Source of the DNA: a virus
Taxonomy: Duplodnaviria; Caudoviricetes
Length of the DNA stretch: 64,000 nucleotides
IMG/VR virus record: IMGVR_UViG_2706795367_000001
Location: 1 to 64,000 of that record
Strand: one strand, 5' to 3'
In this document: in pieces, positions 9,443 to 17,963 of the stretch
Layout: each line of letters opens with the position of its first letter
Position numbering within the stretch: position 1 is the first letter of the stretch
Notes under the pieces: generated by a model
What the model was told of the DNA's origin: nothing
Seen by the model: only the letters and a program-made list of their open reading frames with translations
Databases searched by the model: none
Position numbers and translations under genes: made by a program

Positions 9443-9976
9443 GTGAACAAAGGTCAGTACATCGAGCCCGTTGAGCATTACGCACTTTTGCGACATGTCG
9501 TTGGCCTCTGTGGCGCGGGGGTTGCCCTGGAGTTCGGCGTCGCCAAGGGCGACTCAACAAGGATCATCGCCGAAAGTCTTCCGGTTATCGGATTCGATAG
9601 CTTTGAAGGCCTTCCAGAGGACTGGCGGCCGGGCTATCCCAAGGGAAAGTTCGCTCACGATCCCCCGGAAATCGACAACTGCACCCTGGTGACGGGGCTC
9701 TTTGCCGACACTTTACCGGGGTTTCATTTCGAATCCCTCGGTCGCATTTCTCTCGTCCACCTAGACGCGGACCTTTACTCCAGCACTGCACTCGCGCTAG
9801 AGCATGTGGGCCCCCATCTCCAAGCCGGGGCCTATCTGGTTTTTGACGAGTTTCACGGCTACGCGGGCTGCGAGGAACACGAAATGCGCGCCTTTAACGA
9901 GTTCGTGTCACGCACCGGATTTCAATATTCGTCGATAGCCCACTCTCACGAGGCTTTTGCCGTAAAGATCGTCTAA
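9443..9976 (+). CDS. SAM-dependent O-methyltransferase (TylF/MycF-like)
   Basis: LEFGV..G.S, GFDSFEGLP, VHLDADLYSST, LVFDE. Confidence 0.88.
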   Translation: MNKGQYIEPVEHYALLRHVVGLCGAGVALEFGVAKGDSTRIIAESLPVIGFDSFEGLPEDWRPGYPKGKFAHDPPEIDNCTLVTGLFADTLPGFHFESLGRISLVHLDADLYSSTALALEHVGPHLQAGAYLVFDEFHGYAGCEEHEMRAFNEFVSRTGFQYSSIAHSHEAFAVKIV

Positions 9977-9987
9977 GGGGACGCGCT

Positions 9988-10821
9988 TTGAATACAGCCC
10001 AAGTCATTCTTTACACCTTCGCTGGGCGGCGAGCCAACATGGAGTTGCTTCAACCCTACGTTCGGCGCATCCTCGACCGGAATCCTAACGTTCGCTGGGA
10101 AATCTGGAACCTGGCGCGCGTCCCCGAGGATGCCGCATACCTGCAGACCATTCAGGGCGATCGCATCACCGTCCGCAATGACTGCTACAACCCCGACCAG
10201 TGGTGGGCAAGCCTCTCTAGCGTCTGGGATAAGTACGCCTCCGACGAATACGCGGGAACGATCTTCGTCAAGACCGATGACGACATCGCCTTCCTGGAAT
10301 CGGATCGGTTCAGCGAGCTCGTCGACGCCGCGGCCGACAACCCCGATTCCGTGATCTCCGCATTGACGGTGAACAACGGAGCTTCCACTCCGCTCATTCC
10401 CGGAATTAACGAGGGGTTCGAGCGACTGGGCATTCCACGGCTCGACGTGCACATGTCCAACGCCTACGCGGACATGTGCCACGAGTGGTTCGCCGAGAGT
10501 TGGGGCGATCTTGTCGGCGCGGCGGGGGAGCGCGTCCCCACCAGCGACTGGGTGTCAATCAACGTCATCGCCTACACCGCAGGGGTTGGCAAGAAGCTTG
10601 CAAGCTTGATAGGGCAGCAGTCGCCACCACATATCTCTGGCAGGGATTGGCCGCCGGGGTCCATCATCGGAGATGAGGGCGCGTGCAACATGCTGCCACG
10701 CATCATCACTACAGGCTTCGTGGCTGCGCACCTCACTTTTGGGCCGCAGCACTGCTCAGAGCGGCAACAGGCCGCCTGGCGAGCCCGCTACGCCGAGATC
10801 GCTCGGGAATATCTGGCGTGA
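9988..10821 (+). CDS. glycosyltransferase (GT-A fold)
   Basis: IFVKTDDDIAF DxD motif; TTG start after AAGGGGA. Confidence 0.75.
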   Translation: MNTAQVILYTFAGRRANMELLQPYVRRILDRNPNVRWEIWNLARVPEDAAYLQTIQGDRITVRNDCYNPDQWWASLSSVWDKYASDEYAGTIFVKTDDDIAFLESDRFSELVDAAADNPDSVISALTVNNGASTPLIPGINEGFERLGIPRLDVHMSNAYADMCHEWFAESWGDLVGAAGERVPTSDWVSINVIAYTAGVGKKLASLIGQQSPPHISGRDWPPGSIIGDEGACNMLPRIITTGFVAAHLTFGPQHCSERQQAAWRARYAEIAREYLA

Positions 10822-11519
10822 AGGTAGCGGTCATCATCCCATTCAGGGATCGAGGTCGCGACCCCCTGCGGCCGGCGAACCTCAAGCGCGTTCTCAAGCA
10901 CTGGGAGGGCTTCGACGCTCCGGTATTCGTTGTTGGAGACGGGCGCGAGGGCGGAGAGAGCTTCAACCGCTCCGCGGCCTACAATCGCGGCGCGGCCATG
11001 GCCAATGCGGACATCATCGTCTACAGCGAATCCGATCTGATCGTTGACCATGGGCAAATTCGCGAGGGCGTTCAACTCGCATCCGAGGCCCCGGGTCTCG
11101 TCGTCCCATTTTCTCGATTCATGGCTATAACGCCCGAGGATTCGATTCGCGTGCGGGAGTGCGCGATCGCCCCGGGGGAGGGCGCTAGCCAGCAGGTTCG
11201 TGGCGACTACAAATCAATTGGCGCTGTCAACATCGTCTCTTGCGAATCCTTAGCGCTCATCGGTCAATACGACGAACGCTTCGAGGGCGCCTGGTACGAC
11301 GACGACGCCATGGAGCGCGCATTTCACATCACCTGCGGCCCCACTCGTTTTGTCGAGGGTCCGGGGTATCACCTTTATCATTTGCCCGGCGCACAGGGGG
11401 AACATCTGACCGACGCCGATCGCGCCGCCACTGCGGCGAACCAAAGGCGCTGGGAAATGTACCTCGCGGCCAAGACCCCGGAGCGCATCCGGGAGCTTAC
11501 CGCTGGCGTCTTGGAGTAG
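10818..11519 (+). CDS. glycosyltransferase (GT2/GT7-like)
   Basis: VIIPFRDR, FNRSAAYNRGA, YDERFEGAWYDDD, YHLYH. Confidence 0.85.
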   Translation: MKVAVIIPFRDRGRDPLRPANLKRVLKHWEGFDAPVFVVGDGREGGESFNRSAAYNRGAAMANADIIVYSESDLIVDHGQIREGVQLASEAPGLVVPFSRFMAITPEDSIRVRECAIAPGEGASQQVRGDYKSIGAVNIVSCESLALIGQYDERFEGAWYDDDAMERAFHITCGPTRFVEGPGYHLYHLPGAQGEHLTDADRAATAANQRRWEMYLAAKTPERIRELTAGVLE

Positions 11520-11526
11520 GGGAACA

Positions 11527-12117
11527 ATTCTAAAGAAGCTGACCGCACTGCCGATGCTGTGCGGGATTTTCGCATTCCTCACGGCGCCCGCCCTCACTGA
11601 TCCATGGGTGATCAAGACGGTTTTCAGCCGCGAGAGACCAACGGTGATGGATGAAATCGCCGAGGCCATCAACGACGTCGCACAAGCCTACTCAGAGGTC
11701 CGGGGGATCGAAGTCCGCGCCGAAGCGATCGATCCACACGTCTATGGATACGCCATGGGCGGCAAGCTCATCATGTTCAACAAAACCTACACCAGCAACC
11801 CGGAGCGATTCCGGAAGCTGGTGGAGAACGACATCACCCTCGGGTTCCACCCGGAGTTAGGGAGATGCTCGCACGCTGAACTGCTGGCGTACCATGAGGC
11901 CGCCCATGTAATCGATCAGAAGCGGCACCTGAAGCCGCGCGTGGCGTTTGCCGAGAAGTATGGCCGCGGCGAAATCCTCCGAGGAACACTCTCCGGCTAT
12001 TCCTTCACCACGGATGGGCGCCTAGCCCACGGGGAGGCCTTGGCGGAGGCTTTCGCCGCCACGCTGTGCGGCAGCGCCAACGATACGGAGCGCGACATCT
12101 TCGCGTTCTTCAACTAG
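11527..12117 (+). CDS. secreted HEXXH zinc-metallopeptidase-like protein
   Basis: HEAAH...EALAEAF; signal-peptide-like N-terminus; start is ATT 11527 (inferred) or ATG 11554. Confidence 0.7.
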   Translation: MLKKLTALPMLCGIFAFLTAPALTDPWVIKTVFSRERPTVMDEIAEAINDVAQAYSEVRGIEVRAEAIDPHVYGYAMGGKLIMFNKTYTSNPERFRKLVENDITLGFHPELGRCSHAELLAYHEAAHVIDQKRHLKPRVAFAEKYGRGEILRGTLSGYSFTTDGRLAHGEALAEAFAATLCGSANDTERDIFAFFN

Positions 12118-12126
12118 GGGAACACT

Positions 12127-12432
12127 ATGGAAGACGATACGGAAGCAATCGTCGAGGTGGCGATGGAAACCGCCGACGAGAAGGGCGTGCCAATCGTCCT
12201 GCTCGGCGGGCGTCCCGACCACCCGATCGCGGACCTACTCCGCATGAGCGGGGCCCAGTTCCTGCACGCCCAAGACATGAGCTGCACGCCGCGGGCGGTC
12301 TACATCATCGCCGAGCCGCGCTACGGCGAGTATCGCTTCGCCACGGGATCGGTCGTGCTCGACCAATTCGCCAGTATCGCCGATCAGCCCGGGGTAACGG
12401 TGCACCGCAAAGAAGTCTTGGTGGACGACTAA
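12127..12432 (+). CDS. hypothetical protein
   Basis: AGGGG RBS, 101 aa. Confidence 0.7.
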   Translation: MEDDTEAIVEVAMETADEKGVPIVLLGGRPDHPIADLLRMSGAQFLHAQDMSCTPRAVYIIAEPRYGEYRFATGSVVLDQFASIADQPGVTVHRKEVLVDD

Positions 12433-12644
12433 AAAACCACCGAGCCGGCGGGGGATTGGGGCGCATCGGCTCGGTGGTCCGTTTTATCGCAGCGGGCGGC
12501 ACCTCATTGGGTGTCGTGGCGGAACTGGCCCGCTGCGAAGTCTTGAGTTTTAGTGGTCGCCGGACTGAGTGTGGAAGCGTCCGGCGACCGTAACCTTCGG
12601 ACCCAGGCTTGAAAATTGGTTTAATCGGGTTAACCCTCCGGCTA
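12431..12644 (-). ncRNA. candidate antisense small RNA with three hairpins
   Basis: Minus-strand promoter upstream; three perfect 11-12 bp stems; last stem followed by a U-tract. Confidence 0.6.
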
Positions 12645-12650
12645 CGTTTC

Positions 12651-12679
12651 AGTGTAGTGCAGTGCGACTGCTTGCGCAA
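12651..12679 (-). promoter_or_regulatory. SigA-like promoter TTGCGC-N17-TACACT
   Basis: -35 at 12679-12674, -10 at 12656-12651; closely resembles the promoter at 54849. Confidence 0.65.
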
Positions 12680-12769
12680 CCCACTGTGATGAACTTTTTC
12701 TTAAACTACCCGGGACCGAGGTTGACCTGGACTTTTCGACCTCAGCACACAAGCGAGGGGAACTGCTTC

Positions 12770-13498
12770 GTGCGAATCATCAGCATGTTGAGCTGGTATC
12801 AAGAGCCCGTTTCATGGCTCGCCGAGTGCGTGTCGGCGCTCTCCAAGATTTCCGACCACGTCGTCGCGGTTGATGGGCCCTACTGGGGCTTCCCTGGCGC
12901 CGTGTTGAAGCCCGCCAGCGGCCCTGAACAGGCCGACGTCATCGCCCGCACCGCGGCCGGACTGGGCATGGGCTGCACCATCCACGCCCCTCGCAAGCCC
13001 TGGTCGGGCCCGAATGGCGGCGAGGTCGCCAAGCGCGACTGGATGATGCAGGCCGCGATGCTGGTCGCAGAGCCGGGCGATTGGCTGCTGCGCGTGGACG
13101 CCGACGAGGTGTTCACCGCCGTCCCGGGTGACGTAAAGCAGCGCCTAGCCGAAACCGACAAGCACGTCGCCGAAGTCATGCTCTGGGAGCGCGAGGCCGA
13201 GGATTCCGTCAATCGAGTGGTCGACGTCGGCGACGACTACGAATCGCCGCTGCGCTGCCTGTTCCGCGCAATCCCCGGCATCCGCATCGAGGGCGCGCAC
13301 TTCGTTGTCTCCGCCCCCGTAGATGGCGAGCGGAGATTCCTCGTCGGTCACAACACGGTGCCCGCAGAGCCCTTGTGGGATGTCCGCCTGGAGCACCGCA
13401 CCCGACTTCGTTCACCCGGCCGCAAGCGCCTGAAGAACGAATACAGCCCACTGATCAATCAATTCGAGAAGGTCGAGGATACGCCTCGCAATGACTAG
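12770..13498 (+). CDS. glycosyltransferase family 2-like
   Basis: VVAVDG, WLLRVDADE DxD motif; GTG after GAGGGG. Confidence 0.8.
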   Translation: MRIISMLSWYQEPVSWLAECVSALSKISDHVVAVDGPYWGFPGAVLKPASGPEQADVIARTAAGLGMGCTIHAPRKPWSGPNGGEVAKRDWMMQAAMLVAEPGDWLLRVDADEVFTAVPGDVKQRLAETDKHVAEVMLWEREAEDSVNRVVDVGDDYESPLRCLFRAIPGIRIEGAHFVVSAPVDGERRFLVGHNTVPAEPLWDVRLEHRTRLRSPGRKRLKNEYSPLINQFEKVEDTPRND

Positions 13499-13748
13499 CC
13501 CTATTCGAGACGCCAAAGCAGATTACATCGCCGCGCTCCTGGCTGAGCGCGCCTCCTACTTGAGCGCCGGCCGCGCCGATCGCGCCGACGATGTTGCCGC
13601 CGAGCTCGCCCGAATGGGCCACGAGGTTCGGCCCGCCAAGCGGCCCGCGCCGGAACCCATGGAGCGCGCCGTTGCCGACGAGCCGCTCGAGCAGGCCGTC
13701 GAAGCCGCTCCTAAGCGCCGCCGCGGGCGGCCCCCGAAAGGTGAGTGA
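13491..13748 (+). CDS. hypothetical protein with C-terminal AT-hook-like motif
   Basis: KRRRGRPPK; position before adaptor. Confidence 0.75.
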   Translation: MTSPIRDAKADYIAALLAERASYLSAGRADRADDVAAELARMGHEVRPAKRPAPEPMERAVADEPLEQAVEAAPKRRRGRPPKGE

Positions 13749-14317
13749 TGGCTGAGGAGTTAACCACCGAAGATGTAGACACCTACACCCAGGGTCGGAT
13801 CGACAAAGATGACCCTGAGACCGCACGCGCCCTCGCCGCCGCACTGTCTCGCGCTCGTAGAGCTTGCGGCTGGCACGTCACCCCCGTCGTGGAGAGCACG
13901 GTTCGACTGCACGGCAGCGGCCACGACTTCATCGTCCTGCCGACGCTGAAACCTGTTGAGCTGCTCTCCATCACGGAAGACGGCGAAGAGGTGGACCTTG
14001 ATGAGGTCTACTTCGTCTCCCAGGAGCCCGGCGTGCTCTACAAGAAGTGTGGCTGGTGGTGCCGCGGGCCCATTGAGGTCACGCTCACCCACGGCTTCAC
14101 CGCCGAGGAGGCTGGGGACTTCCGCGAGGTTGTTTTGCAGGCCGTGGATGTCGCCAACCTGATGGTCGGCACCGGCGCCACGGGCCCCATCACCGGCATG
14201 GAAGTTGACGATGTCAACATGCGCTGGTCGGGCCTCGTGGACCGCAGCTGGGGTATCGCCAAGAACCCCATGCTGGAGTCGGTGATCTACCAGTACCGGC
14301 TGGTGGCGATCGCGTGA
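13748..14317 (+). CDS. head-to-tail adaptor
   Basis: RRACGWHVTP, VTLTHGF; position. Confidence 0.85.
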   Translation: MAEELTTEDVDTYTQGRIDKDDPETARALAAALSRARRACGWHVTPVVESTVRLHGSGHDFIVLPTLKPVELLSITEDGEEVDLDEVYFVSQEPGVLYKKCGWWCRGPIEVTLTHGFTAEEAGDFREVVLQAVDVANLMVGTGATGPITGMEVDDVNMRWSGLVDRSWGIAKNPMLESVIYQYRLVAIA

Positions 14318-14658
14318 GGTTCGGCGGCCAGACGGTCACTTTCGTGACGATCACCGAAGACCTCGACGACCGCGACGACTACGGCAACCCCAGGGAAGTC
14401 CGCACCGAGGTGCCAGTTCCCGGATGCCGCTTCCGGCCGCTGACCGCCAGGGAAAAGGTCGAGTTCGGTTACAACACCGTCGCCGACCCATGGAGGTGCA
14501 CTGCACCCCCGGTTCCGGCGGTGATGGCGGCCGGGGCCACTGGCGAATTGATATACGACGGTGTCACCTATGAGGTCACTGGCGGGGCGCGGACGTTCCC
14601 GAACTTCGCCGGCAAGCCTTTCAAGGTGACGATCATCTGCGAGAGACGCGAGGTGTAA
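14314..14658 (+). CDS. head-to-tail stopper
   Basis: DDYGNP...VPGCRFRP...YDGVTYEVTG. Confidence 0.8.
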   Translation: MRFGGQTVTFVTITEDLDDRDDYGNPREVRTEVPVPGCRFRPLTAREKVEFGYNTVADPWRCTAPPVPAVMAAGATGELIYDGVTYEVTGGARTFPNFAGKPFKVTIICERREV

Positions 14659-15108
14659 ATGCCCAGGGATGTGGTCGTCAGACTCCGCGATGTGCGGTCG
14701 GCCCTCCTGGATGGCGTCAGCGAAAGTCGAGACCTGCGCCGCGTCGTGCAGCGTTTCATCAACGACGTTGAACGCACCTGGCATGACGTCTGGGATGTCT
14801 CGATGCTCGGCGTTTTGGCGCAGCAGACGGGCGTGCCACACCCGTACCAGACCGGTGACTACAAGGCGCACATCAAAAAGAAGAAACTCACCGCGATGCA
14901 GAAACTCCGCATCAAGAAGTTTCTCAAGGGCGGAATGCCCATCGGCCTGGTCTACAACAACGACGAGAAGGCCCATTGGATCGAGTATGGCACCAAAAGG
15001 GACAGGCCCGGCAGCCGGTCCCCGTGGGGCCCGAACACGCCCACGCCGGCCTTCGAAATCATGCAGCGCGTGGCCCGGATCATGAATGAGGATGTGCGCT
15101 ACAGGTGA
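14659..15108 (+). CDS. head-tail region protein (HK97 gp10-like)
   Basis: PYQTGDY...AHWIEYGT motif. Confidence 0.75.
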   Translation: MPRDVVVRLRDVRSALLDGVSESRDLRRVVQRFINDVERTWHDVWDVSMLGVLAQQTGVPHPYQTGDYKAHIKKKKLTAMQKLRIKKFLKGGMPIGLVYNNDEKAHWIEYGTKRDRPGSRSPWGPNTPTPAFEIMQRVARIMNEDVRYR

Positions 15109-15527
15109 CCGAATACGAATACCCGCCCGGCGTAAAAGTCCTCATCAAATGGCTGTCCGGGATCGAAGGCGTGGACGTTCGACACGAGCGGCCGCCGAAC
15201 TCGCCGCTGCCGTTCATCTCCGTCCACCGCATCGGCGGGGGAGAGGACGAGAACTGCATCACCGATCAGGGGCGCTACGCCTTCATGGTTTTCGGATCGA
15301 GCCAGGAGATGGTGGATGACACCGTTCGACTGGTTACCCGCCGGATGAAAAAGCTGGTCGGCTACGGGTCCCAGGAAAAGGTGACCGTCGGCGACAAGTC
15401 CTACTACGCCGACGAGGCCCACAAGCGTGAAGAGCGTCCGATCGACAACCTCGACGACGCTATTCCGAGGAAGTTCTTCGGAACGTCCCTGATGTACGAC
15501 GTCCACATGAGGATCGTCGCCGCTTAA
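15105..15527 (+). CDS. tail terminator
   Basis: LPFISVHRIGG; position before major tail gene. Confidence 0.75.
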   Translation: MTEYEYPPGVKVLIKWLSGIEGVDVRHERPPNSPLPFISVHRIGGGEDENCITDQGRYAFMVFGSSQEMVDDTVRLVTRRMKKLVGYGSQEKVTVGDKSYYADEAHKREERPIDNLDDAIPRKFFGTSLMYDVHMRIVAA

Positions 15528-15766
15528 ACGTTGAGCGGCCTTCTCCGTTTGCAGGTTCTGCAGACCTTGTCCGCGTATTCGCCCCGGCATCCATCGTATT
15601 TCTCGATGTACCAGTCGTGCCGCCATCTGCGGCACCGGGGCCCGGGGGTCTGAATCTTTCCGCCCAATGGGCGATTCCCCCACCAGATACGCGCACTGCC
15701 GTCTTCGAACTTAACGACCGAATCGTTAAGCACGCTCTCAGCAAAGAGATCGAACGGCTTCTTCAT
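15524..15766 (-). CDS. small antisense-oriented gene within tail operon
   Basis: Fills a 290-bp gap; extended -10 (TGA-TAGGGT) 7 nt before ATG; C-terminal CxxC. Confidence 0.6.
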   Translation of the reverse strand: MKKPFDLFAESVLNDSVVKFEDGSARIWWGNRPLGGKIQTPGPRCRRWRHDWYIEKYDGCRGEYADKVCRTCKRRRPLNV

Positions 15767-15817
15767 ATCCACCACCCTATCACATCTCTTAGCTACTGAG
15801 AGGAATCAGGAATACAC

Positions 15818-16093
15818 ATGGCTAAGTACCGCACCCTGACGGCGGGCGCCTACGTGAACGGCGGAAAGGTCGTTTCTTTCGAGGCTAACCGCATCATCGA
15901 GCTGACCGACGCCCAGGCCGCAAAGCTTGGCGACAAGGTTGAGCGGTCGCAGGCGAACGATTCGATGTTCCCCGACGGCGCCCCCATCATCCCCGCCGGC
16001 TTCGTTCCGGAAGCTGCCGCCCCCGTGGTCGAGGAAAAGGCCGAGGAGAAAGCTCCCGAGGCCCCGAAATTCAAGTTCGCCAAGACCAAGTAA
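15818..16093 (+). CDS. hypothetical virion-associated protein
   Basis: AGGA RBS; strong codon bias. Confidence 0.8.
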   Translation: MAKYRTLTAGAYVNGGKVVSFEANRIIELTDAQAAKLGDKVERSQANDSMFPDGAPIIPAGFVPEAAAPVVEEKAEEKAPEAPKFKFAKTK

Positions 16094-16132
16094 CCCCCTC
16101 CGCCCGTTCTTGGGCATCGAAAGGAATAGCTA

Positions 16133-17137
16133 ATGGCTCTGCCCGCTAACGGCGGTACCTACGCGAACCTGCTGCAGCCGGGAATCAACCCCCTGACTGT
16201 CCGCAAGGCAATCATCACCGACATCCTGATCCGCGACTACCGCAACCTGGATGGCACGGTGCACAACCTGGCCGACCCCGCGGTCGGCCTCGGCGACGAC
16301 GGCTTCTTCTCGCCGTTCGCCGAAGACGGCAAGCTGCGCTCCGACCTGCTCGGTGACGACGGCCTCGGCTTCTACCACCTCGGCGCCCTGCACGAGGACG
16401 GCACGGAGATGACGTACGACACCGACGTCGCCGACACCATGATCGCCCAGAGCAAGCGCGCCGTGCGCTTCGACGTCACCCAGGACAATGATGGCATCAC
16501 CATCAAGGCCCTGGAGGGCACGCCGCTGGTCGACGCCCTGCGCTACGACAAGCCGCTGCACAGCCTCGCTGACGTCGGCCAGGCGCACTACACGATCGCC
16601 AAGGACGCCGAGACCAAACTGGTTGAGCGTCAGGTCATCGCGATCGGCTTCGACGGCGACAACTACTTCGCGCAGACGTTCCCGCGCATGTCGCTGCGTA
16701 ACCGCGGCAACTCCAGCTGGAACAAGGCCGACGCGGACGTCATGGAGATCGAGCTCGGCGCTCTGCTGTGCCCGTTCGTCGGCAAGCCCGCTCTGTGGCA
16801 CCGCGAGGGTGCGGACTGGCGCGGCCTGCAGGGTTACCCGCTGTTCGCCACGGCGCCCACGGCCGTTGCGGTCGCCGGCGAGATGGCCGACGTTACCTTC
16901 GACAAGCCCACGTCGAAGTCCACCTCGTACGAATACGAGGTGGAGAAGTCCAACGATGACGGCGCGACCTGGACTGACGCCGTCATCGAGGATGTGTCGG
17001 GCACTGCCACGGTCACGATCCGCGTTTCGGGCGTCACCTCTTCGGCGAGCTGGAAGTTCCGCGTCAAGGCCACTGGCACGAACGCGCTGACCACCAACTC
17101 GGCCCCGACTGCCTCCGCGGTTATCGGCCTCTCCTAA
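16133..17137 (+). CDS. major tail protein with C-terminal Fn3/Ig-like domain
   Basis: GAAAGGA RBS; position; C-terminal YEVEKSNDDGATW...FRVKAT. Confidence 0.9.
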   Translation: MALPANGGTYANLLQPGINPLTVRKAIITDILIRDYRNLDGTVHNLADPAVGLGDDGFFSPFAEDGKLRSDLLGDDGLGFYHLGALHEDGTEMTYDTDVADTMIAQSKRAVRFDVTQDNDGITIKALEGTPLVDALRYDKPLHSLADVGQAHYTIAKDAETKLVERQVIAIGFDGDNYFAQTFPRMSLRNRGNSSWNKADADVMEIELGALLCPFVGKPALWHREGADWRGLQGYPLFATAPTAVAVAGEMADVTFDKPTSKSTSYEYEVEKSNDDGATWTDAVIEDVSGTATVTIRVSGVTSSASWKFRVKATGTNALTTNSAPTASAVIGLS

Positions 17138-17144
17138 TTGATCT

Positions 17145-17198
17145 ACCCACAAGCGGCGGGCTCGGGCTGTGTCCGCCGCTTGTGGGTTTCCACAGCCC
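17145..17198 (+). terminator. 15-bp hairpin after major tail gene, pseudoknot-capable
   Basis: Stem 17145-17159/17173-17187; loop GGGCTGTG complementary to CACAGCCC at 17191-17198. Confidence 0.6.
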
Positions 17199-17230
17199 AA
17201 CAGCCTCTTTTCTTTTTAGGAGTCATTCAG

Positions 17231-17737
17231 ATGACCTACACCCCTCGTAAGCCGGTTTCGGTTCGGGAAGCCAAGGAGCAGGCGGCCGAATACTTCGGTT
17301 TCACCGCCAGCGTCGAGATCGAGATCAACGGCGAAATCTTTGAAATCCCCAACCCCGGCCTTTTGGACGACGACCAGCAGGAACGCTGGGAAGAGCTCCA
17401 GTTCCGCATTGAGAAGTGCGACCGCGAAGACGATGTCGTTGTCCCGCCGATGACGCTGGAAGACGGCACCGAACTCCCGGGCCGCACCATCAAGGGCGAA
17501 CTCAAGACGCCGTACCAGATCAACGGTGAACTGATGAAGCCCCCGTACAACGTTCAGCTTGCTCAGGCCATTTTCGGCGAAGAGAAGTACGAGCGGTTCA
17601 AGGCCGGCGGCGGGCGCTCCAACCAGATCCCCCTGGAATGGGCCCGCATGAACCGCGAGTTCCAGGAGCGCGTCGACGCCGATCCCAAAAGTGCGGGAAG
17701 CGATGGCGAGATGGATGGTGTTTCCGAGGGAGATTGA
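17231..17737 (+). CDS. tail assembly chaperone (G)
   Basis: ATG after AGGAG; lies between major tail and tape measure genes. Confidence 0.88.
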   Translation: MTYTPRKPVSVREAKEQAAEYFGFTASVEIEINGEIFEIPNPGLLDDDQQERWEELQFRIEKCDREDDVVVPPMTLEDGTELPGRTIKGELKTPYQINGELMKPPYNVQLAQAIFGEEKYERFKAGGGRSNQIPLEWARMNREFQERVDADPKSAGSDGEMDGVSEGD

Positions 17738-17963
17738 GTGCGATCTCTCTCTCTATCACAACCATGACATAGGGGAATGGTACCGCGGGGAGTTGAGCAG
17801 CAGAAAGCTGCTCATTCTCCTCGACGGGCTTCCTGAAGATTCCTGGTACAAGCTGAGCGTTCACGCCTACTTGAAAGAAGTCCAGGAAACGTTCGAAAAA
17901 GACACTGTGCGCGAAGTCAAACGATCGATTTTCGCGCAGCTCACTGGGCAGGAGATGGGGTAA
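17684..17963 (+). CDS. tail assembly chaperone frameshift extension (GT), +1 frame
   Basis: CCCAAAA at 17684-17690; +1 frame open 17652-17963 and abutting the tape measure ATG. Confidence 0.75.

Noticed and set aside
12305-12679. 124-aa minus-strand ORF across the sRNA candidate
   Set aside because: Starts at the -35 hexamer, has no RBS, runs through a terminator and overlaps a + strand gene.
17684-17690. Standard -1 slippery site
   Set aside because: The downstream ORF is in the +1 frame relative to gene G.
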